From a virus (taxonomy: Duplodnaviria > Caudoviricetes), in the IMG/VR virus record IMGVR_UViG_3300022178_000338, positions 1-28,306 of that record: a DNA stretch of 28,306 nt; one strand, 5' to 3'. Shown here in pieces: positions 22,692 to 28,306 of the stretch. Position numbers and translations under genes: made by a program. How positions within the stretch are numbered: position 1 is the stretch's first letter; each line of letters opens with the position of its first letter. The notes beneath the pieces are model-generated. The model worked only from the letters and a program-made list of their open reading frames with translations. It had not been told where the DNA came from and did no database searches.

Positions 22692-23160
22692 CTTGCTCTC
22701 CATTTATTGCACTGATAAATAAATCAGTGTTTCGATTGCCTTTAGATAAATTCCAATACTCAGGAACTACCTGAAGGTTTGTGAGACAATGTCTGCCCCC
22801 TTTGCTTAGTGGTACGATATGATCTACGTGCCACTTGAACTCAAACATCTCTTCGCGTAATTTAGCTAAAGAGTACATTTCTTTTAATATCCATTTATCA
22901 TCAGATGTATGAATATCATTTACTTTCTTTTGCGTTGCCTTTCTTGTTGCTTTATAAGCATTTACTTTTTCTGGATTAGCTTTTCTCCAAATACTTACAC
23001 GTATTCGTTCTTGTTCAGTATGTTTCTGGTAATAGATTTTATGGCTCTCTAATACCTTTTCTGAATTAGCCTCTTTCCAAGACTTTCTCCAGTTATATGC
23101 TTTTTCTCGATTCGCTTTATAGTAAGCTCTTCGTTGTTCCGCGCTTTTCCAGCCAGACAA
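22672..23160 (-). CDS. Free-standing HNH endonuclease
   Basis: WHVDHIVPLSKGGRHCLTNLQVVPEYWNLSKGN; basic repetitive N-terminus (xxANxEK); TTG start. Confidence 0.85.
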   Translation of the reverse strand: MSGWKSAEQRRAYYKANREKAYNWRKSWKEANSEKVLESHKIYYQKHTEQERIRVSIWRKANPEKVNAYKATRKATQKKVNDIHTSDDKWILKEMYSLAKLREEMFEFKWHVDHIVPLSKGGRHCLTNLQVVPEYWNLSKGNRNTDLFISAINGEQDDKDSK

Positions 23161-23162
23161 AA

Positions 23163-23615
23163 TTATGCTCTTGCATATCCACGAGGGTCACTAACCACAG
23201 CTTCTACAGTATCGTCATTAATAATACGAAACTCTTTACCGTGGATCTTTATGCGTGTTCCTGAATAAGCACGGGTAATTACAAAGTCACCTTCTTTACA
23301 CCAAGGACCAGAAGGAAATCTATCTTTATCTTTGTAAGCTAAATCACCCAAGGACATAACAAATAGAACAACCGTAGAATGTTCTTCAATTTTTTTAGCT
23401 CCATCAGCTTTTAGTATTCCACTTTCATAAGCGTCCTCAACTTCGGGCACAGCGCATAAAATACGGTAGCCCTTAACTTCAGGTAGTTGTTTAGCTAAGT
23501 TGTCCATTGCTTCTTCTTTTGAAACAGCTGCATCTTTTTTTGCTTTAGCTTTAGATTTAATTGGAGCGCCTCCAGGAGACACTAAAGTTTTTTCGCTCGT
23601 TGCTATTTTATTCAT
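23163..23615 (-). CDS. groES: Phage co-chaperonin GroES (Cpn10)
   Basis: GYRIL...ESGIL...G...KEGDFV...YSGTRIKIHGKEFRIINDDTVEAVV matches the Cpn10 pattern; carries an N-terminal extension. Confidence 0.85.
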   Translation of the reverse strand: MNKIATSEKTLVSPGGAPIKSKAKAKKDAAVSKEEAMDNLAKQLPEVKGYRILCAVPEVEDAYESGILKADGAKKIEEHSTVVLFVMSLGDLAYKDKDRFPSGPWCKEGDFVITRAYSGTRIKIHGKEFRIINDDTVEAVVSDPRGYARA

Positions 23616-23842
23616 TTGCTCACCACTGAATCAGTAGGACTAGATTCGAAATCTTCATCCTGTTCTTTGTTAGTTCTAAGTAGTTCAGATATAAAACTTT
23701 GAACCATGAGATACCCACGGACTTCTCCGCAGGCGTGTTGATAGCCACCGAAATCTTTAGCCTTTCCTGCACTAAGATCCTCTTGAATTATCTTTCGCCG
23801 TTCTTCAATTTGCGCTGATAGTAACATTAGCGTTTCTTTCAT
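23612..23842 (-). CDS. Small conserved protein between portal and GroES
   Basis: 76 aa; LSAGKAKDFGGYQHACGEVRGY; GAGGA RBS; ATGA overlap with groES. Confidence 0.75.
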   Translation of the reverse strand: MKETLMLLSAQIEERRKIIQEDLSAGKAKDFGGYQHACGEVRGYLMVQSFISELLRTNKEQDEDFESSPTDSVVSK

Positions 23843-23873
23843 TTTGCATTCCTCTAGTTGGTTTTTAAATTAA

Positions 23874-26420
23874 TTATTCATCTTGTTGAATTTCTGTATC
23901 TTCTACTTCAGTGTTACTGCGTAGTCTTTCTTCTTCTGCGCGTAACTGCATATCAAGCTCTTTACTTAAACCTTGAGCGCCTAACTCAGCACTTTTTAGT
24001 ACTGCTTTAGCCTCATTATTTTTCTGCTCCATTTGAGCTTCAGCACCAATCTTAGCGCCTACTATTGACTCTTGTGATTCTATTCTTTGTTTTTCTAATA
24101 TTAAGTCTCGCTCAAATCCAGACTCCATTTTATATTTATCAAACTCTAACTTAGCTTTATCAAGCTCAATATCTGCCATAGTTTTCTGAGCTTTAACTTG
24201 TGCTTCTTGTTGTTTGATCTGAAGCTCTGCTTGTTGCATTTGGATTAACGGGTCTTGCTGTTGTTGTTGTGCTTGCTGTTGTTGTGCTTCTGCTTGACCT
24301 TTCTGAAGCAGTTGCTCTCCAGCCCGTGCTACAAGACGAGATAGTTCTACCTCTACGCTTTCTGGTAATACTTCATCAGGAGCTGGTAGTGGAACACCAA
24401 GTTGTTCTTCTATTTGTTTACGATATTCAAATGCTATATGTTCAGCTACGTGTGCTTCCATCGCTGCAATAATTGCATTGGCTTTAGTACTCTGTCCTAT
24501 CATCTCACGAATCTTAGGATCATTTATAAAGGCCATGTGTGTAGTAATGTGAGCTTCCTGATCTTGGTATATAAATGCTTTAACGGGTTTGCCATTAATA
24601 AGGTTCATATTCTCTGTAACAGGGTTTGCTTCTTTTATATCTTCTTTATCGGGTATTAGCTTATCTATATTTTTAATGCCTAATACTTCTAACATCTGAC
24701 GGTTTAGTACGGGTAAGTCGTAGATGTCTGGGTTTGTTTGTGCAAGCTGCATAACCGCTTGATACTGCACTACTTTCTGCGCCATTGTTGCAGCGTTAGG
24801 ATCAGCAACGGGTACTAAGTTAACTTTATTGTAGTCTTCTTGTTTAGCACCGGGTGTACCTGTTGAAGGATCATACTGATAATCTGGATCTGTGTAGTCA
24901 CGAATAATATCTTTAAGTAATGAGAACTCTTTTTTCATAGAGTAATAAATACGTGCGTTAACCGCAGACATTACTTTGAGTGTTCTTTCTAATATAGCAA
25001 GTGTTGAACCTACAGGAGAGTTAGCTGACATATCAGATACTTTCATATCAGAAGCACTAGCGAACCTTCGCCCTTCACTGACAATCTTATCCATTAGTGT
25101 TGAAAGAACTTGGCTTGGCTCTTTATAAGGAAGTGGCATTAAGTTATCACGAATACTTCCTGAAGGCGCATCAACATCTCGCCATTCTGCTGGACCTATA
25201 GGAGTATCATCTCCTTTAATCCTGAGTCCTCTAGCTTTAAATCCGCCGGGTAGGTTAGAGAGTGTGCCAGCATCGACAAGTTGACGAAGGAGCATAGTCC
25301 CTGACTTCGCAAACCCCCCAACGAGATGTATTAAACCAAAGCAGTAAAAACCAAATCCGGGTATGTACCCATAATGAACAAAGTGTTGTCTACGCGCTTT
25401 TTGCTTGTCTTCTTGTTTCCAGTTACGGCGAACTGCTAGAATCTCAGTTGTACCTTTATCTATAGTTACAACATAAGGTAGAGCTATCCCTGTCTTCTCG
25501 CCATCGTCTTCATCTTCGTATCCTTCCAGATCAAGATCAACATTCATTTCTAGAATCTTATAGCGATCATCATTAGTCGCATCGAAACCCATTTGTTCAG
25601 CAATCTTTTTCTCTACTTCATCCAGATCGTAGCCAGGATCACCTAGCTCAATATCACGATAAAAACCCATCTGTTGTAAGTTGTGTAGTTCTTGTTTAGT
25701 TTTTCGCATTACGTGAGTAACACGCTCTGCTGTTTCTAAGTTAGAAGCACCATAAGGCACGACCATATCTTCAGCAGTAACAAATACAGATACTTGACGT
25801 TCTAATGCTGGATCATAATAAACTTTCTTAAACGCATTACCTGCAAGCCCAAGTCCCCATAACATTCTTTCATGCTCTGGGCGATACTCAGGCATCTTAT
25901 CCATGAGTTGATAGTTCATATTTTCTTGTACACGAGCAGCAGCTTCTAAACACTCTGGTGTTTCTTTACCAATAATAGAAGTCTTAACGGGCCCCGCTGC
26001 AGGGAACGTCTCCATCATAGTTTCTGCTTGGAACTTAACGAGTGCTTCAGATAAAAGTGGGTGATATACAGCGCAAGCCCCTTCCCAAGGCTCACTTCTT
26101 TGTTCTATTTTAAGTCCTAGTAATTCAAGACCATCAACATAAGTTTCTAGCCAATCTTTTCTTGAGTTAATGTCGTTAGAGAAATCACTCAGTAGATTTG
26201 AAGAAAGTTCTGCTAGGTATTGTTCTGGGAGTTCTTCTGCGAGGTTTGCTGAAAACTCTTCTTCGGGCATACGATCAGGATCAATGTTTATCTCCATATC
26301 ACCTATTTTAATATTGACCTCTTCAGGATCTTCGATCTCTATTTCAATGGCGGTTTCTTGTTCGCCGAGTTCTTCCATCCCTTTGGGTGCTTGGTATAAT
26401 CCTTTGTCAATATCAGCCAT
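23874..26420 (-). CDS. Portal protein (P22-like, with long Gln-rich C-terminal barrel)
   Basis: 848 aa after the terminase; HPLLSEALVKFQA, GNAFKKVYYD, GFGFYCFGLIHL, LRQLVDAGTLSNLPGG; coiled-coil tail. Confidence 0.9.
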   Translation of the reverse strand: MADIDKGLYQAPKGMEELGEQETAIEIEIEDPEEVNIKIGDMEINIDPDRMPEEEFSANLAEELPEQYLAELSSNLLSDFSNDINSRKDWLETYVDGLELLGLKIEQRSEPWEGACAVYHPLLSEALVKFQAETMMETFPAAGPVKTSIIGKETPECLEAAARVQENMNYQLMDKMPEYRPEHERMLWGLGLAGNAFKKVYYDPALERQVSVFVTAEDMVVPYGASNLETAERVTHVMRKTKQELHNLQQMGFYRDIELGDPGYDLDEVEKKIAEQMGFDATNDDRYKILEMNVDLDLEGYEDEDDGEKTGIALPYVVTIDKGTTEILAVRRNWKQEDKQKARRQHFVHYGYIPGFGFYCFGLIHLVGGFAKSGTMLLRQLVDAGTLSNLPGGFKARGLRIKGDDTPIGPAEWRDVDAPSGSIRDNLMPLPYKEPSQVLSTLMDKIVSEGRRFASASDMKVSDMSANSPVGSTLAILERTLKVMSAVNARIYYSMKKEFSLLKDIIRDYTDPDYQYDPSTGTPGAKQEDYNKVNLVPVADPNAATMAQKVVQYQAVMQLAQTNPDIYDLPVLNRQMLEVLGIKNIDKLIPDKEDIKEANPVTENMNLINGKPVKAFIYQDQEAHITTHMAFINDPKIREMIGQSTKANAIIAAMEAHVAEHIAFEYRKQIEEQLGVPLPAPDEVLPESVEVELSRLVARAGEQLLQKGQAEAQQQQAQQQQQDPLIQMQQAELQIKQQEAQVKAQKTMADIELDKAKLEFDKYKMESGFERDLILEKQRIESQESIVGAKIGAEAQMEQKNNEAKAVLKSAELGAQGLSKELDMQLRAEEERLRSNTEVEDTEIQQDE

Positions 26421-26434
26421 TAGTCTTTCCTTAG

Positions 26435-27961
26435 TTATAATGCGTATAATCTTTTATGTGCTCGACCTCTGAAGACCTGTCTTTCTTCTTCTTCATCGTT
26501 CGGTAATCTAATAAATCCGCCCTGCCTAAATCTAGCAAGTGCTAAAGTAGTGGAGTCTACCAAGTCATCGTTAGCTCCACTAGGAAAATCGTTACATTCC
26601 TCTATAACTTCATGTGCCCAGCGTCTATCTGGAGCCCAAACGACTCCACCATGAAACAAATCAGACACAGCATTCACCCTACTTATTTTATCTTGTCCTT
26701 TGCCTGGTGTAAACTCACCTACGGGAATACCCATTCGCCTAAATTCTTGGTATAAAGCTGCACCATTAGACTTTTTCTCTACAATGAACGCATCAGGCTC
26801 CCATTCACGGTACTCTTCTAGGCACATTTGCTTTAATTCAGGGAACTCTAGTCGCTGTTTGATTGAATTTAGCAAAATAATGTTATGGTTGTTAACTTCC
26901 TCGTTATAGAAGACACCCCAAGTGGTTAATGCGTTGTAATCCGCCCTATTATTGGCTTCCTGCGCCGCATCTAACGTCATTATTATAAATTCACAGGGTG
27001 GTGGGTTCTCTTCTTCCCATATATTCCACCATTCACGCTTAATTAGTGCGCCTTCTTCCGATACCGGGTTCTGCATATACTGCGCGTTCCAATATCTTAT
27101 GTCAATCGAGGCTCTTCTAGACTGTAATTCCTTTATGGGCCAGAACTCTGGCCACAATGATACCTCTTCTCCTTGTTTATCTTCTAAAATCGCAGGAAAC
27201 TCTACAACTTCCCAGTCATCTACGTCATCATTCTTAACCATTTGGTTTATTATCTGTCCTGTCAGGTCTAATTTAGACCATCGAGTCATAACAACAATAA
27301 TAGCACCACCAGGCATAAGGCGCTGTAACGGACCAGACTGAAACCATTCCCATGCAGGGAGAAAAACATCAGACTTGCCAAGCTTTGCATCCTGCTCTGA
27401 GTGCGGGTCGTCAATAATGAATAGGTCGGCACCCCTACCAGCCAAAGCACCACCAACACCAATTGCAAAATACTCACCATTAAAGTTAGTACCCCAACGA
27501 GAAGCGGATTTGCTGTCTGCTTGAAGTGATACATCCGGGAATACATCTTTGTACGGATCAGAACCAACCAAATTTCGAACCCTACGGCCGAAGTTAACAG
27601 CCAGATCCGCAGTGTGCGAAGCCATGATAATCTTTTTCGCAGGGTGTCTACCCAAAAACCACGCGGGAGCCAAGTATGATATAAGCTCTGACTTCCCGTG
27701 ACGAGGTGCGATGTTAACAATAACCCTTTTTCTTTTACCTTCAGCAATTTCTTCAAACAACTTAGCCAATCTCGCATGGTGTGCTCCTATTTTATAATCA
27801 GGATAAACGTGTTGGATAAAATCTAGGAAGTTTGCTTTGCCTTGTTCTTGCGTTACCTCTTTCTGATACTGTTGCAAAAGAGTCAGACTTCTCTGCCGTT
27901 CTTTCTCTGGCATATCCGGTAGCGCATTTTGTAGTAGTTCTAGATCCTCAACACTAATCAT
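26435..27961 (-). CDS. terL: Terminase large subunit
   Basis: Walker A APRHGKSE, Walker B LFIIDD, VMTRW coupling motif, RNase H-like nuclease residues (IMTLD, IVEKK, NDDLVD). Confidence 0.95.
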   Translation of the reverse strand: MISVEDLELLQNALPDMPEKERQRSLTLLQQYQKEVTQEQGKANFLDFIQHVYPDYKIGAHHARLAKLFEEIAEGKRKRVIVNIAPRHGKSELISYLAPAWFLGRHPAKKIIMASHTADLAVNFGRRVRNLVGSDPYKDVFPDVSLQADSKSASRWGTNFNGEYFAIGVGGALAGRGADLFIIDDPHSEQDAKLGKSDVFLPAWEWFQSGPLQRLMPGGAIIVVMTRWSKLDLTGQIINQMVKNDDVDDWEVVEFPAILEDKQGEEVSLWPEFWPIKELQSRRASIDIRYWNAQYMQNPVSEEGALIKREWWNIWEEENPPPCEFIIMTLDAAQEANNRADYNALTTWGVFYNEEVNNHNIILLNSIKQRLEFPELKQMCLEEYREWEPDAFIVEKKSNGAALYQEFRRMGIPVGEFTPGKGQDKISRVNAVSDLFHGGVVWAPDRRWAHEVIEECNDFPSGANDDLVDSTTLALARFRQGGFIRLPNDEEEERQVFRGRAHKRLYAL

Positions 27962-28306
27962 CTTTTATTACTTCGTGTTTCCCATTAATAACTTTGCTCT
28001 TTAGTGATTCTATCGTTTCTTTTAGTTCTTTCTCTAGCTCTTCACCACTCTTGGTAATGTGGGTGATCTCTGTTTTTCTTTTAAATGCATCGATGCCATC
28101 AATCTCACCTATCTTACTCCAAGCAGATATTCTTTCTCGTGATGTCTTAGCCATCGCTGCTTCTTGTAGGAGTCCGTTGACAACAGAAAGTTTAATATCT
28201 GCTAGGTCTTTAGCCACCATGTGACTAGTCTGTGATACTAGGCCCGATAAATAGGCAATTGTTTCGTTGGGGTATTCACCGAACTCAGGTTTTAACTCTG
28301 GGTTAA
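27954..28306 (-). CDS. Probable terminase small subunit (partial; frame is open to the right edge)
   Basis: Frame continues upstream of 28220 as NPELKPEFGEYPNETIAYLSGLVSQTSHM; RISAWSKIGEIDGIDAF helix motif; overlaps the terL start. Confidence 0.6.
   Translation of the reverse strand, partial: NPELKPEFGEYPNETIAYLSGLVSQTSHMVAKDLADIKLSVVNGLLQEAAMAKTSRERISAWSKIGEIDGIDAFKRKTEITHITKSGEELEKELKETIESLKSKVINGKHEVIKDD

Noticed and set aside
24205-24300. CAA/CAG-rich tract as a microsatellite or contingency locus
   Set aside because: Encodes the Gln-rich coiled-coil barrel expected in P22-like portals; codons are mixed.
601-27777. Nested alternative-frame minus-strand ORFs (601-816, 5689-5931, 6559-6825, 8102-8401, 27286-27777)
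   Set aside because: Fully inside larger genes with no initiation signals. 6559-6825 was considered as an embedded spanin but has no N-terminal lipobox.
204-28224. All plus-strand ORFs in the track (for example 204-428, 3355-3657, 7585-7962, 9551-9922, 17566-17889, 19731-20036, 26952-27341)
   Set aside because: They are antisense shadows of well-supported minus-strand genes, with no RBS or recognisable motifs; their composition mirrors the sense codon bias.
1-28306. tRNA, rRNA, integrase/att sites, IS elements, alternative genetic code
   Set aside because: None visible. Intergenic gaps are short and accounted for, and genes are intact under the standard code using TAA, TAG and TGA stops.

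Overview
This AT-rich window is the morphogenesis (late) region of a tailed dsDNA bacteriophage, most likely a podovirus, with every credible gene on the minus strand. Reading in the direction of transcription (right to left): terminase small subunit (partial), terminase large subunit, P22-like portal, small conserved protein, co-chaperonin GroES, HNH endonuclease, scaffold, conserved protein, capsid decoration protein and major capsid protein. Next come a terminator, a sigma70-like promoter with a pseudoknotted RNA leader, and two head-associated proteins. A cluster of small Lys/Met-rich proteins is interleaved with two head-tail adaptors, followed by tail fibres with a chaperone, a four-gene membrane/exported-protein cassette ending in a 3-TM holin, the tail nozzle, and internal/ejection proteins flanking a GNAT-like gene. 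The most notable signals are: (1) a hydrophobic-x-x-G-G motif present 14 times across otherwise unrelated basic proteins and ejection proteins, a candidate encapsidation or processing tag; (2) a cassette built around a signal-peptide, NIDO-like, Cys-repeat, acidic-stalk protein, which is unexpected in a virion module; (3) a triple-helix interlocked RNA element overlapping the RBS downstream of the capsid gene; (4) three genes missing from the ORF track. Family assignments come from motif recognition and gene order only; no database searches were run.
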